Origin: Lingula anatina
Lineage: Eukaryota; Animalia; Brachiopoda
Direction: 5' to 3'
Assembly: GCA_051362555.1 (NCBI GenBank)
Contig: CM120646.1
Coordinates: forward strand, 22,630,001-22,694,000
DNA length: 64,000 nt
This document shows, one piece after another, positions 1 to 14,587 of this stretch (position 1 is its first letter; each line of letters starts with the position of its first letter). The position numbers and the translations under genes are program-made. The notes beneath the pieces are model-generated. The model ran no database searches, was not told where the DNA came from, and saw nothing but the letters and a program-made list of their open reading frames with translations.

Positions 1-2606
1 TTACATGAATTTACAGAAAAATCAAAATATATTTTCTAAAAAAGGGCTGCTGAAATAATGATAACACAACCCCATTAAAACATTCTCTTTATCGCAGTAG
101 ACCACACATATTATCTGATAATGTTATCAAAAAGATTTCTCCCATTGAAAACTCAACATCTCCGAGGCATGTTCCAGTTATGATAATTGTCCTCAGAGAA
201 CCAGGCAGTGCCAGGGTCTGGGACCCTGTTCCTCCTGGTACAGCGCCACCGTGGACGACATTTCAGGACAAAAAACAACTTATTTCACTTTAATATGGGG
301 TTAAGTCCAGGACAGCAAGGCTAGGATTAAATTAACTTTAAAATGGTGCGTGTGTAAGGAAAGATAGGAGAACTGAATTGACAGGTTTCAGGAAGTAAAA
401 TATATACAGACTTCAGTCTGTCTGTGGATGATACTCAGGTGAGGATTACCAGACAGGTATTTACATACACGAGTATGCACCACTGGGAGCAATACTTAGT
501 CTATTTCTTTATTCATATACTTATTTATTCATAAATTTTTTGTGGTTATTAATAGGTCAAGTCAGTCTTGAGGGTAACTAGTGCAATATAGGATTACAAC
601 CATGAATAATTATAGTTATTGTCTTTTATAGACTAATCTTTGTATGTTGCTGTTCTTTTTAGAAGCAGTTACTGTAAGGGATATTGTGTAGGAACCATTG
701 CCCCATTCTGCAAAAATAAATCTAAAGAGATAAATAAAATAAACAGATAAGAATTTGAGTGGCCTGGAACATCACAGTTCAGGAGGCCATGGATATATGA
801 AACAATGATGAAAGGCAATACCTGGGACATGTGGGCACTAGTTGTTACTGGGCATATTGTATATTATATTGTAAATCTCTTCATCATGTATATATGAAAA
901 AAACTGTGTAACCCATTGGGACTTCAGGATGTGATGGAAAGACTGGGGAAGAAGTACGATCATCTTATTTCTCCACTGATTATTAGTTATCACATTTTAA
1001 GACCAACACACTCCATGTTAATACCAATTCCCTTTGCCCTATTGAGAGTTTGGGAAGGTTTTATATATATATAGTTGAGGAGGGTTCCTCTGCTTCCCAC
1101 TATAATTAAGTGTCTGCAGTGCCTGTCCCGCCATGACACTGTTTGCTCTAGGGTTTTACACTCCAGTATACCTACATGTACACACACTCAGAGTGCAGTT
1201 TTAGGGGACTGTCCCTGAGATCAAATTGAGGCTGGTTGGGGGGGGGGGGGGGGGGGGGGGTTTAGGAGGTGATGCCATTTGTGTGGTCAGACCATAGTGA
1301 GGAAAGTTATTGTTTATTCATTACAGGAAACAAAGGTTACTTAAGTTAAGGTGAAAGGATTTCCATAAATTATAACTCATTTAAGATAAATTGTATAATT
1401 GTTAATTATTGCTTCAGATATATAGATATTTATATATAGTTTTGACTCAAATGTGTCTTAAAACAAACTCACTAGTGAACAGAAGATATATCATATATTA
1501 ACCTCTTCAAACTAGGAAGTGTGGTTTGTCTGTTTATCTTTTATGAATATGTTACTAGAATAAACAATGCAGAATGTTTAAACTGCTTGCTCAGTGATTA
1601 TTACATTGAAGCAGGCTACTTGAGATAATGCTTGTTTACAAGACCAATATTTCTTGCTTGAAAACCAAGAGAGGTATTTGCCACAAATATTAGAAGGGCA
1701 TATTTTATAGTTTATCTCTAGCAAAGAGTGAGTACTACATATATATTTTTGTGCAGTATTTATAAAAAAAGCCTTAGTTTTAGAAGTCTGTACCCTGTAC
1801 TGGAGAGTCTCAAAGTTGGGTGGAGACGTAATTGTCAGTACTTATGAAGTTCAGGATGGATGAACACTTTTATGATTGTCTGATATAAAGTCACACATAT
1901 GATAACTTTAATAATGGTAGATATTATTATTCATTTTTGGCAAGTTATCAATGACCCTGAATGGAAATAGTGTGCAAGGAATCTATGGTGATATTGTGTC
2001 TTTTACCTCCTTCCTCCCTTTAGTTGACTCGATTTCAGAACCTAAATCAAATTTTGAGTCAGACCATATCTTTTCTGGCCAAAAGGGCGGTTCCTTTGAA
2101 CCACCTTACCCCCACCCCTACCCCCTGTTTTGTTCTTCCCCTTTAACTATACACTTTGAGTCAATATAACGTACGTGATATTTATATTATTACATACACA
2201 CAGAATTCTTAGATTCCTGCCAAAGTTTGAGATCTATATTCAGGTACATAATTCATTAGCCATATAAATTGGATGAAGGTGAAAAAGCAGGTGCCTTAAG
2301 TCTAAGCTCATTCTTAGCTCATTTCAATGTGCTGAATCTTAGACTAAAGCTAGATATTTCTTTTTTGCCCAAAGAAACTGTGAAGAATACCACAGTTTTT
2401 GGTGCTATTGGCTCAGTGGTGGAGCAAAAAATTGATTCGTCTTTGTCTAAATGAAATTATTGAGTAAGTCCTGTAGCTATTGTAAATATTTAGCATTATA
2501 CTCAGCTATTGTATCATTATTCTGTAAAGTAGACCATATTACAATGTAATGACATCAACTCCTGACAGGGGGGGGAAGAATCTGAACCCGGAATAAAAAA
2601 CTATCA

Positions 2607-2699
2607 AATATAGTTTTTAATGATAAAGCATGAGATTACTGAGAAAGTATTCAATATAGTTTTTAATGATAAAACATGAGATTATTGAGAAAGTATTCA
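2607..2699. repeat. 46-bp tandem duplication
   Basis: aatatagtttttaatgataaa.catgagatta.tgagaaagtattc occurs twice. Confidence 0.9.
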
Positions 2700-4913
2700 G
2701 AGTGTATAGATCCGCCTATGTTATCTAGATAGATAGTGTACCAGATAGGAAGTGTACAAGGTGCACAATGTTATCACCAATGAATCATAACTGAGAGAGT
2801 TGAGGACTGGAGGAGGTGGATATTTTCTCATTAGACAATCTGAGTGTGAGGACAAGGTACCACTTACTACTACAATATCATATTGTATCTGTGTGGGTTG
2901 CTGTATGCTTGGGTTATTTTTGGAAATTATTTTGAAATTTTGCCAGTGTGAAATTTGAAAAGACACTTTGAAGGTATATAGCTAGAAGGGAAATCAAACA
3001 GGGTTAGTAGAGTAGTGGTTGAATATTTTTTTTTATTTGGGGGGGGGGGTGAGAGAGGGGGGGGGCAAGTTTGAGAGTTAGGAAGGAAAAAACAAAGTGG
3101 TTGTTTTGGAAGGGGTTGTGGTGATAGCAATAACAGTGGCAGTAACAGCACTTTAACAGTACCAGGTACAACACATATATACTAGTATTGTAGTTTTACT
3201 TGGTGTAATGTAGATGTAGCACTGAGTAGGAGGCAATGACAGTCTGGGAAAAATATCAAGAGGTTTTGAAAAAGATTTTGTAAAAAATAATAAAATGACA
3301 TATTTTTTATTTTCAGTCAGACTTCCTGGACACAACTCCTCAATGTGTGAGACAGATCGGTAGCAGCAGTTTTCATTTTTAGTCAGGTAAGGAAATAATC
3401 CACAATAACTTATTAAGAAAATTTTCATTAACTTATAACATTAAGAAAAAAGGCTTTCCACTTATGTATTTGTCCTGAATGGCTATCAGGCATGCCAAGG
3501 AGTACTTAAAATGTATTTTGCCTAATGGTATGTGGTTATTTATAGACTGCGTCCATTTATTACAGCATGGTACCCTCATGTTACGCTTTAATGGTGCGAT
3601 GTAAAATGTGTCACATTTAGGTGGAAAATCACCATTCAAGTGATCAAGATCCATAGTTGGTGGATTAAATTCTAGTGTATGCCTCATTATTTAAGCCTCC
3701 AAGTCAAGAATAGCTCTGTTTTATCACTTAAATTGTACTTAATAGTATCTTTAGCCTTCAGCTTTTATGACATATGAAATGCTGAGACTGTGGTAAAAAT
3801 TTCAGGTCAGTCACATACTTGTGACATGCATATACATATGGAGGTCTATTACTTGCAGTTTTTAAAAGACCTGACAGCTACAGGTTGACGTGATTTCATA
3901 TCTTTAATGCAAAATGTCAAAAGAACAGTCAAAAGTACATTCTGTTTTAAACTCAAGTCTTATTAAGAGTTTAAAAAAAAGTGGTTATAGTTTAGGGGAG
4001 GATGGGCCAGACCAGGGATATTTTTCAAGTCTCTGTGGCTGTAATAATGATAATTATTTTACTTGTGATATACTATCTCTAAGACATCATGCCGTCTTCA
4101 TTGAAAGATCTCACTGGAAAAAAATTAAAGTAGCCAAAATTACAACACTGCAAAACCACTAAGTCTGAAGATCTAATCTAGCTGAGTCACTTGAGCAATG
4201 ATTTTTTCCTTACTAGTAACTTTTTTTAATCTGGTTACATCACTTTTTTCTAGCATGTATAACATAGTACAGTGTACTAGTATTGGATCACGTATGACTT
4301 GTGAGATTGGGTTAAACTATTTTTAGAAAAAAAGTAAACTATTAACACAGAATGATTGGCAGAATGCCTGTGCCCTCTCCTCCTCCACCCCAGATTCCTT
4401 ACAGACCTCCTTTCAGCTTGGATTTAAAGAAAAATAGGAAACCTCTGACTTTTTGAGCCTGGATGAAAAAAATATTGTTAACTTACACAAGTAAATATAG
4501 GCCACTGATTCTGTCTTATGGCAAACATATTTTAGGTTGATGTACAGTTGAAAGCCACATGCTCTACAGGATTCTTTCAGTTTAGAATATTAACCTACAT
4601 AAGGGTTTGGCCCCAGTGAAAACAAATGGGCCCAGCTGTAGGTTACATAAGACAAGGGTTCTCTTGACATGGAGATGTTTGACTTATGACCTGGTTTGTC
4701 AGTTAATACGAGGTCAAACGAACACAGAGCAGGCACAAGTGGGTGCTGTCTGTGTCAGTGTAGGGGGTTAGCCAGAGGTAAGGGATTTCTTGTATGTGTG
4801 TAGGATTTAATGGAATTGGGTTGTTTTGTTTTGTTATACATGTAGTTAATTGACATGCCTGAGATACCTATGGTGGTGCTGTTTATGTACGTGGTTTTCT
4901 GAAGGGTAGCTTT

Positions 4914-4914
<1 letters not shown>

Positions 4915-4964
<50 letters not shown>

Positions 4965-5012
4965 GCACACACACACACACAGCACACATACACACACACA
5001 CAGCACACATAC

Positions 5013-5049
<37 letters not shown>
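4915..5049. repeat. Compound (CT)n(CA)n microsatellite
   Basis: Direct observation. Confidence 0.97.
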
Positions 5050-5052
<3 letters not shown>

Positions 5053-5068
5053 TGGAGCCCATTTCTTT

Positions 5069-5283
5069 CACCCCATTTCCATAGATTAGATCAACCTACT
5101 TTAGATCGACCTAACTCCCTGGAGGTTCACGCTAAATAGCTGTCAACCGGGCGGACACGAAAGTTAATTACCTCCTTACAGCTTGTAGTAGGCGGGATGG
5201 ACATTTAAGTCGGATTATCTGAAAGTAATCTAGTGAGACTCCCCGCGGGGATAGATCGATCTAAAACCTATGGGAATAGAGCC
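5069..5283. mobile_element. 215-bp MITE family A, copy 1 (3-bp TSD TTT)
   Basis: 12 substitutions versus the copy at 52648-52862; imperfect subterminal inverted repeats; TTT on both flanks. Confidence 0.85.
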
Positions 5284-8200
5284 TTTGTAACCACAACATT
5301 TCCAAGTCCTCTACTTCAAGGTATTTGATAGTTGAAGATGTTCAGCACTTGTTTCGAAGAGTATAGACCTATTCCTGATAAAAAAGTAATGGAATACCTT
5401 TGTCTATATCTGCTGTTGTCGTATAGTCTGGCTCATGTATTTATTGGTTTTAAAAGTAATTTATATATTAAATTACTGTCACAATAAGGAAATGTATACC
5501 ACACATGCTTTGTTTCACACATTATTGGTTTTACTTCTGTCATACATAGTGTACTCGTGTTTAAGATACTATGAGCCTGTGGCTTAAAATTCCTGAATAA
5601 ATATACTGCATTCTATATGTCACTGGAGAAGATGAGATGCAGTGACAGGTAGAGAGTTTTCAACCTAATCAGGGGTGAGTGTGTTAGTTGTGAAGACAAG
5701 CAGTGGATGTGACAGTGAACACAATGTGGAAAGAGTTGAGTTAGCATGTGGGCTTAGTCCAGTAGAGTCAATTTCATAAGAGTGCAAAACATATTCCATT
5801 TATGAAAAGCATAAAAGTAGACAATTTTTAGAGAACTTTGCTGTTGAAAAATATGAAAGTTTTGATTTTACAAAAAAAAAAAAAAAAAAAATGGCTGTCT
5901 AGTCAAAAGACAAAAAATTCCAGAGCTTGTGTTCTTTCCATACTACAGAATTCATACTAAATGACTTAAAGATTTCAGCATAGGATCCACAGGGTGTACA
6001 TATCTCACCACCCTGACTAGATAGTATGTTCTGTACTCAGCATAGGATCCACAGGGTGTACATATCTCACCAGCTTAACCAGATAGTGTGTTCACTACTC
6101 ATTAAGACACAGACGGTGCAGTGTATTCAGATAACAACTACAGACACTGATATATATCACTGTATATATATAAAACAAAAGCTGTATGAGTATGTACTAG
6201 TAGTAGAGCTGTATATATAGCTTTTACTTACTGGATACATAGTGTTTTTTATTAGAGAAAATGCCAGTTGACTTTGAGACTAAACAGACTATTATGATCA
6301 GTGATTAGACAGCAAAAAAAAAAAAGCTTGGACTGTAATTTGTAATTGAAATCGATACAGCCATGTTTTGCTTACTGTTTCGTTTGACCTGAATCAACTA
6401 TATTATTATTTGATAAAAATGGAGCTACTCACAGGTGAAAGTTATGGATTATTGAGAACAATAAAACAACATTTAAGATAAGCTATGTCAGTATATTTTA
6501 TGGCCTTAAATATTGCAGTTGGTTGCATAGGCAGTGTTTTCCTGGGTTTAATGGGCAAAAGTTGCAATTGACAATTGACAATTGCCAATTTTTAGACATT
6601 TTGTCAGTGATATTAAGTAATAAACATAAGACAATCAAAAGTATTAGGCATTAGCCATTAAACAGATAATATCACTGGAGAAATTATGCATATCAAGTAG
6701 GATCCATGCATCAGAATTAAAGAATCAGAACTCATTAACACCTTATCAAATAGGACCCTTGTATCAGAAATAAAGAATCAAAACTATAATTAACACCATT
6801 GATATCTCCTACTTGACAGTCTTTAAATTAAATGATTTGTTTTTGTTAGAATTGTGATAACGCAGTTAGGCACAGAGCTTAGAAAAGTAAATAAGGTGGT
6901 ATAGGGACCACTTAATCAGGTAATTCCCAGGTGGAAGCGAGGAGAAGATAAGTACCAGATAAGCCAGCACTGGCTGTGTGTTGAGATATAGATGTACAGG
7001 TAGAGCCAACAGCTGGGCAGACTGCAGTGTGGCGTACCTGTCTTGGACCTGTGACAAGAAGAACTTGAAGAAGGAAAGAGACAGAGGGTGACAGATGCTT
7101 AGAGCAGAGGCAACTAGGATAATATGTGGTCCACCTTTAGCTGGAAATAAACCTCAGGTGGATTACTAGATATGCTGGAGCAAGGAGCTTTCTGTTAGGA
7201 GTTACATGTACAGAATTTTGAATCAGGGATGAAACTGTGGTTGTAAAAGTGTAGATACTATACAGTGGAGACAACTATAACTATTATATATTACTTTATT
7301 GGGCCTTAGTTGGGGACTTGTCTACAGTAAAGCTTGGTGCAATTCTAGAGAGCTGACAATTTTTTTTTCAAACAAGGAAAAGGATCAGTCCTGCAAGTCA
7401 CCAATGACTGGACGTCACTCAGTTTGAGAGATACGAGTACAAAGGGGAATTGAGAATTATAGCATTTAGGGATGAGACCCTAATTTGAGGGGACAGAACC
7501 TATAATTAGCCCATTAATGAGTATAAATATCTAAACTAAAATACAACAAGAGGACATAGTCAAAGTAAAAGAAGTTGGACATGATATAGAAGTGACCATT
7601 TAAAAGTACCAGTTAGCCTTTAATCTAGAGGGTCAGGTAAGTTTCTCTTTGACCCTGTGATCTTAACCCTCCATAGAACACAACTGAATACATATGAAGA
7701 AGAGAAATAGACCATAGATATAATTTACACATTGGTGTTATACAGGACCATCTCTGTTTGCTTGACTGCCAGTCATTACCTACTCACTTGGTCAAGCCGT
7801 AGTGGACATTGCTGTATATATACTAGTATATGTATCTATATGAACACAGGAGAACGTCAGTGACAGGAAGATATATATATACCAGCAAGTCTGGGTGTCA
7901 GCAACAGGAGACTGCTCCAATGGCACAATTGTCGTAATATTCCGTACCATGTTGCTATTTTAGTGTAAAGACAATGATGTCCTTGAGGGGAGGATTACAG
8001 ACACGTAGGTAACACGCTTGCAGTACAAGATACTGTGTGTGGAGTTCAGTGTGTTGTACTCAGAGAGACAGGTTCACCCTTTGGATATTGTGTGTGGTTT
8101 AAGTTTTAACAAGTGGCTGGAAGGATCAGAGAAGAAAATGCTGGACTTGACTGGAAGTGCTGTTGTTATGGATGTGGGTAGATAGGATTAGTATAGAGGC

Positions 8201-9438
8201 ACTGGTGTTCTACATATATTGTAACCTGAGCTCTTTTGGAGACTGTGTGTGCATTGGTTTTTGGATAGTGACATTGTAAATGTCAGTTCTGTCACTTGTC
8301 AGCTGTCACCTTTATTTCTTTGCACCTGGGGAGCTGTGATTTGATACTGTATGTATTGACTTAGACTACTGACTGTGCATGAACAGGTTTCTTGTGGATT
8401 TAAAGATTAGGTGTAGTTTATGATGGACAAAAACAAGTCAATTTAGACATATTGCACAGGTATTTGCTCTATCAAGTCTGTGATATGGACAAAGTGACAA
8501 ACTACTTGTTGAGTTGAAGTTGAGCAATTGTGACAGCTTACTTAAATGGGTGAATTAGTTCTTAAATATTGACTATCTTGAGGAACACGCACCAGCACAC
8601 CCACATTGTGGCTTTTAATCTGTCACTGGGATGATTCTTAAATTACTGGTAGACATGAACATGAACTCTAATCATCATGACATCTTTTATGTTGTTTAAG
8701 ATCCACCTTACCTTCAGATGTCAAAAGTCACTGCAAGAGTAACACCGTGACTTTTTAATTTTGGGACTTTGCACTTGGGGGATCAAGTGTAACATGTAGT
8801 GATTACCTCAGACATTTTACTCACAGCTGGAAAACCTGTTTAATTACTTGTGAACTTGCTTGCAGTCCAGATATTTTTTTCCTCATATCTTTGACATACA
8901 GATTCTCACTGATGCCAGCTAATGAATTTTACATTTAAAATTACTTAAACACCTTTTAAGTGCCATATAGGGGATGTCATAGTAATTTATTTAAATGTTA
9001 TGAGATAAGATAACATTATATTCTGGCAATCTTTCCTTCAAGAGTGACCTAGAATCCTTCCCAGGACATTTTGACTTTTCCATTTTGAACAATTGACAAA
9101 AATATTTTCATCAGTACACCAGCTGGTGTGCCGCTATTGACATGTGGAGGACATAGAAAAAAAGAAAGTGTACGAAAAAAAAAAGAGAGGGAGAGGAAAC
9201 CAATAACACTTTTATATTTGAGGAAGGAGGCACATTACCTAACAGCTTTTATCATTTCCAGACATTGCAGGAAAAAGGATTTTTGCTTCATTTCCACTGT
9301 TCTTAGGTCTTCAAATATCTCCATTCAGGAAATATGGAGTCCTTACCCAAAGCCCGTTCTTATATGAATAGTAAAGAGAATATTGTTCTTGTTCCTAATG
9401 CTAGTTTTGGGAAGAGGAAGTTCATCCAGTTTTCCGTC

Positions 9439-9508
9439 ATGAATCGTCAGACCAGTTTTGCGCGCTGGGTGCAGGGCCAGAAAGAAAACCAGTCTCACAG
9501 TCGAAACA
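9439..9508 (+). CDS. GULP1: GULP1 probable first coding exon (MNRQTSFARWVQGQKENQSHSRN)
   Basis: ATG at 9439 (an in-frame upstream ATG at 9364 is also possible). Donor A|GTAAGT at 9509 is phase 1 and fits the next exon. Confidence 0.7.
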
Positions 9509-11234
9509 GTAAGTATTCTGATTGGTGTGTTTATGTTTGTTAATTGTTGTTTATATTATTTTATTTATTTATTTATTATACTGTAACAATTACAATATTT
9601 TGTTATTGAAGTCTTACCAGAAGAGATCAAAGTATTTATTTAATTATATTTTTTGTGAGACCAATATTATTGTCACTTTATGATAAAACTTTTCAATAAT
9701 TAATCCCTTCCAATATACAATACAATAGAATTACTTGTACCTAAGGCAAGGGAAATGTAAAAAAAAATTAGACAAAATTAGTATCATGGCTTTGAAAAAG
9801 AACAATAAGAAACTACATGGGCCGCTAATGTAACTTGTGCTGTGAGTGTTACAGTAAATCATGATCTGGAGAGTGACAACAGGGAAGTAGGTGGTGCCAG
9901 GGTCCTCCTGGTACTGGCTTGCAAATCTGGGTCATGTTTTGGAGACAACTGGAAACAGTAATTCAGAAATAAGGAGCCCCTGCAGAAAGGAGAGGCTGTA
10001 TAGGCTTTCCATCTTGAACAGCAGCCTTTTCTTACTTTTTAGTAAAACGGGTGTCCTTATTTACTTGGAGTAAAATTTTCAGTCTTAAAGGCAAGCAGTG
10101 ATCTATTGTGAAACAGGTCTGAGAACTTGGCTGTTACATCTCTGGCACCTGCTGTGTTGCTGAATTGGAACAGCAAGAAAATGGGAAATGAATCATCATA
10201 TTTATTACCATGAATTTCTTAGGACAGACCACAGAAAATGTTTTTTTTTTCTGGTTCAATATTTACAATTATTCTCTGTCAACCATTTGCTGTTCTGGAA
10301 AAAAAAAGAAGAGAGAAAAGGAAAACTGAGTCTGGGAGTTACATCACCCTAAAGAATTCCATGTTTGTTGATTGTATCATGTATGGCTCAAATCCCTGCT
10401 GTTTTGAGCCTAATAAAATGAAAACAAGAAAAAAAGGTGAAGAAATTCAGGAAATTACTTCATCCTGAGTTCCATTCCTCAAAAATGTTACTTATCAGTG
10501 TTTCTGAAAGTTTTTCCCCTCTTTTGTATGTCTGTTCTCAAAGGAGTTTCCTGCATCTTTTGAAGAGAAAAAGACCCTTGTGTAAAGCCGTTGGTAGAAA
10601 TGTATCAGATTTGTTCTGTTCTTCAACAATTTGCAGAAAAAAAGTGTGATGCTTTAGATCTAAATAAAAGCTGCTGTTTTTTTGTCTTGACTTGGTGCCA
10701 GGACATTGCTCTTTCTGGAAACTTGCCTTCAATATTAACACATGCTTGCTGTTTTCAGATTTCCAGTTTTCTTTGAAACGCAAAACAATATTTGGATACC
10801 ATCAATCTTATTTTTACTTGAATCTAAATAATTGATTACTTGTATAGACCAAATTTATTATAGATATGAGAAAATAAAGATAAAGGGGGATGAAATAAAA
10901 AAGAGCAAATATTTGGAAATTTCCATAGCCAACCTAAGATCTAATAAATGGTATATTAGATCTTAGAGCCAACTTAAGAAATATTCGAATGTCAGTAGCT
11001 TTTCTACATATCCTGAATGGTAGTGTCTTCTTTTCATAGACTAGAGAAGAGCCACTGAACATGTTGCCATGGCATGTACGCATGTGCATACTGAACTTGT
11101 CATTGAACATGTACATGTATACCTCATATATACTTGCACATACATATACATCTCATATATACTTGCACATACACTTCATATATACTTGCACATAAATATA
11201 CACACTAAACATGTAATATTTGTTTCTTTTCCAG

Positions 11235-11299
11235 TGAACAAGCAGTGGGTTCATCCTCCAGAAGCTCTCCTCAGAGGGCACATAGTCTACAATGTCAAA
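11235..11299 (+). CDS. GULP1: GULP1 exon (NKQWVHPPEALLRGHIVYNVK)
   Basis: ttttccag acceptor, gtaagt donor; start of PTB domain. Confidence 0.92.
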
Positions 11300-11599
11300 G
11301 TAAGTGGATTTTTACTGGAACAGATACATTTTGCTACATACTTATAAATTGGTACAGTGTACATGTACAGTGTCAAAGTTGTTAAGATACATTTTGCTAC
11401 ATAGTTACAGAATGGTAGAATAATAGAATAAATCACCCTTTGTGTACAAAGTGAGATTATGATAGTAATGCAATAACTATGGCAGTTTTCTTATGTAAAG
11501 GTATTTTTTCTTTTTTTTTTTTTTACAAAGAACCTAAAGACAACTGATAGATCTAAGATCAAATTTTCTTCATTTGTTAATTTTTTTCAAATTTTCTAG

Positions 11600-11671
11600 T
11601 ATCTTGGAGGATGTGGAGTGGAAACGGCCAAGGGGTCTGATGTAGTCAAGGATGCAATTAGGAAAATGAAG
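11600..11671 (+). CDS. GULP1: GULP1 exon (YLGGCGVETAKGSDVVKDAIRKMK)
   Basis: ttctag/gtaatg boundaries, 72 nt; PTB YLG motif. Confidence 0.92.
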
Positions 11672-11827
11672 GTAATGTGAAAAATAATAATAATGATGAA
11701 ATGATAAAATTTTCTTACTTTATCACCATACAACTGAAACTTTCAGTAAAAATAGGGCAAGAAAGGAGTCTTCAAATAAACTTCAGATTTTAATTTATTG
11801 TTAAGTCACCAAAACTTTTGTTTTCAG

Positions 11828-11926
11828 TTCAACAAACAGTTAAAGAAGTCAGAAGGCATCAAGCCGGCCAAGGTAGAGCTGACAATATCCGTGGACGGGG
11901 TAACCATTCAGGATCCTAAAACCAAA
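11828..11926 (+). CDS. GULP1: GULP1 exon (FNKQLKKSEGIKPAKVELTISVDGVTIQDPKTK)
   Basis: tttcag/gtaagt boundaries, 99 nt; PTB domain. Confidence 0.93.
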
Positions 11927-12343
11927 GTAAGTCACCATTCACCAAAGTTTAAATCCACTCTTCCTGCTTCTTTTTGGAGCTAGTCTGAAGTTAAGCAGTC
12001 TTTACTTTTCATTCTTCTGTGAAAGGATTTCATTTTCAGTGCTTTACATGTCTTTAAGTTTGACAGAAGCCATTTCATAATCTCTTTGACATATGATATG
12101 AACAATTGCATGCATGCAGACAAACACACATCTCTTACAATTTTGGTTGTTTATTTATTTAAAAAAAGGCATCAGATTCTGTAACATGGCTTTTCATTTA
12201 ACTTAAACCACAATGTCTACAAGTTCATGAATGAAAAAGAAAATTAAGTAATATCATTAACACAGACCTTCTGTGCTTTTCACATAAATAAAGGACAGCA
12301 TCAAGGGGACCACACAATCGCAATAAATCTATATCATTTCCAG

Positions 12344-12481
12344 ATTATCAAGCACCAGTATCCTCTGCATCGTATCTCTTACTGCGCAGATGACAAGTCA
12401 GACAAGAGGATGTTCACCTTCATTGCCAAGGAGGCGGACTCACAGGATCACACTTGTCACGTGTTTGACAGCGAGAAATGT
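12344..12481 (+). CDS. GULP1: GULP1 exon (IIKHQYPLHRISYCADDKSDKRMFTFIAK...VFDSEKC)
   Basis: ttccag/gtacgt boundaries, 138 nt; PTB core. Confidence 0.94.
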
Positions 12482-12943
12482 GTACGTCTGTCCAATTTGT
12501 CATCCTGTATAACACTGTGGGGATTGTCTGATTTGGGTGAAATTGTGATACATATATTGTTTAAGTTGAATGAAGTTGTGGTTGAAATTGCGACATAGGT
12601 TGAGTCAATACTTACATGTTTCAGTAGCAAATGACTGCCAGGTCCTCACTTGCCCTGTCTTTCACAAATGGCAAATGCATTGAGTTGGGTGAGATTGCTA
12701 CAATGTCACACCTATCGCAATGAAAAACCATGCACTGGAACTTTCAGGTGTTACCTATTATGGACAGTTTTGATTGCATTGAACCAAGACTTCTCTTGTC
12801 CAGTGTTGGTGCAGCGTGCTTGTCATGTGGTCACAGCCAGAAGTGAAATTGTGTTGGGTTGTGACAATTGAGATCATACTAGCACACCTAACACAATTAG
12901 GGAACACTTGTTCACTATATGAATGTCATATTTTCCATTCCAG

Positions 12944-13060
12944 TCTGAAGAGATCACTCTGACAGTGGGTCAAGCATTTGACCTTGCCTACAGAAAATTT
13001 CTGGAGTCTTCAGGACGCGACATGGATCTCAAGAAACAGTTCTTGCTGCTGCAAAAGAAG
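12944..13060 (+). CDS. GULP1: GULP1 exon ([39 protein letters not shown])
   Basis: ttccag/gtaatt boundaries, 117 nt; terminal PTB helix. Confidence 0.94.
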
Positions 13061-13365
13061 GTAATTAAAAGTGAAGTTGCACATACATGTTTTAAAGCAG
13101 TTCTGCATAGACTTACCAAGCTATTTTATATACCCTATTGTAAGGAGAGTGTTTGAAGGAAAAATGGGTCTCGGATTCATTTACCAATGTTTTCCAGCTA
13201 GTAAATTTGACCTGGACTTCGTAGTAATCTTCGGGTGTACTAGTCAGAGCTACCAATGGACTGCAAAGTTATGAAGTTACAGGCGTGGACTACTCAATCA
13301 CTTCCTAATGTCCGTTTATCTTTTTTGCTATCACATCCTAATATCCCAGTGTCTCTCGCCCCCAG

Positions 13366-13470
13366 GTCCAGGCACTGTCCCATGAAAACCAGGAACTGAA
13401 GACCAGGATCCAGGAACTGGAGGGCATGAAGGACAGAGACGAGATCCAGAGATACATGGAACAGAACCAT
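13366..13470 (+). CDS. GULP1: GULP1 exon, leucine zipper/coiled coil (VQALSHENQELKTRIQELEGMKD...)
   Basis: ccccag/gtacgt boundaries, 105 nt; heptad leucines as in CED-6. Confidence 0.9.
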
Positions 13471-13516
13471 GTACGTACCACCTCAGATCCCAGGATATCT
13501 GACCTGGAGAGACCGG

Positions 13517-13555
13517 ATTATTATTATTATTAGTAGTAGTAGTATTTATTATTAT

Positions 13556-13599
<44 letters not shown>

Positions 13600-13619
13600 T
13601 TTATTATTATTATTATTAT

Positions 13620-13661
<42 letters not shown>

Positions 13662-13673
13662 CAGTAGTAATAG
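13517..13673. repeat. Compound (TAT)n/(TAG)n microsatellite
   Basis: Direct observation. Confidence 0.97.
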
Positions 13674-14482
13674 TTCAATAAAACCCAAGATGAATTTGGG
13701 TATTTTTCCATTTTTGACGGATCTGAAATGATGTTGAACCCAATTTCAGTTAGTTTATATGAAGATTACCCCATGGTTTTCGAGTTAGCTAACACGTAAA
13801 TGATTGGTGGCCAAAGTTTTGAAAATTTTTATAATTGCTGTTGTGAATTTTGATATGAATATTCTCAAACTTACATATCAAAAGGAAATTTTATAAAAAG
13901 GCTCTAGTTGCAAAATTTTGAGTACAAAACTTATCAAAAATTTTCTCCCTTTGAATATAGATCTTATGTATCTTAACAGTTTATTTGAAACCCTGCCCAC
14001 GCCTATATGTCTGGCTTCCTTTATTTGAAAATATACAGGAATTAAATAACAACATATTATTATTGATTGCATGCCCTGATATGGAAATAACCATATTAAC
14101 AGGAAGCATTTTATTTAACTAAGAGCAAATTGACTTGTGGTTTATCAGAAAAGTGATGACATTTCTGAAGATAACATGTCACAACTGACCCTAGACATAG
14201 AAATAGAAATACTGAAAAATTTAGCTTTATTTTTTTAGAAATTACATGTTCTGGTTGTTATTTTCTTTGTCAGAATTTTTAGCTCTCAAGTCACTATTTA
14301 AGACATTAAGGTGGAGGTGTCAATTTTGTTCATCAGTGTTTTAATTAAAAATTGTAATAGTCATTCTGGTGAGGATACACACAGTTATAATTGTCTCTAT
14401 TTTTGTTGATTTTACTTTTAATTTATTTTCCTTTTTTTGCGCTCTCTTTTTTTTCATAATCTGCATGTGTTCATGTTTCCAG

Positions 14483-14587
14483 TCTATCACGCCAGCCTCA
14501 CCAGTGTCTCCAGCTGACTTGATTGATTACAATTTTTATTTCGGTCACCATAGTGACCTGAACACTGTGGCAACAGAGGCCACAGAG
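14483..14587 (+). CDS. GULP1: GULP1 probable cassette exon (SITPASPVSPADLIDYNFYF...)
   Basis: ttccag/gtaacc boundaries, 105 nt, phase 0-0 and open. No homology support. Confidence 0.55.

Noticed and set aside
2405-2440. tRNA-like ggctcagtggtggagca
   Set aside because: Only an A-box-like string is present, with no B-box or cloverleaf.
4755-5139. CV- and HT-rich ORFs
   Set aside because: These are translations of the (CT)n(CA)n microsatellite.
1-9300. Possible upstream GULP1 5' UTR exons (donor-like sites near 439, 3387 and 7637)
   Set aside because: Plausible, but non-coding exons cannot be delimited without transcript data.
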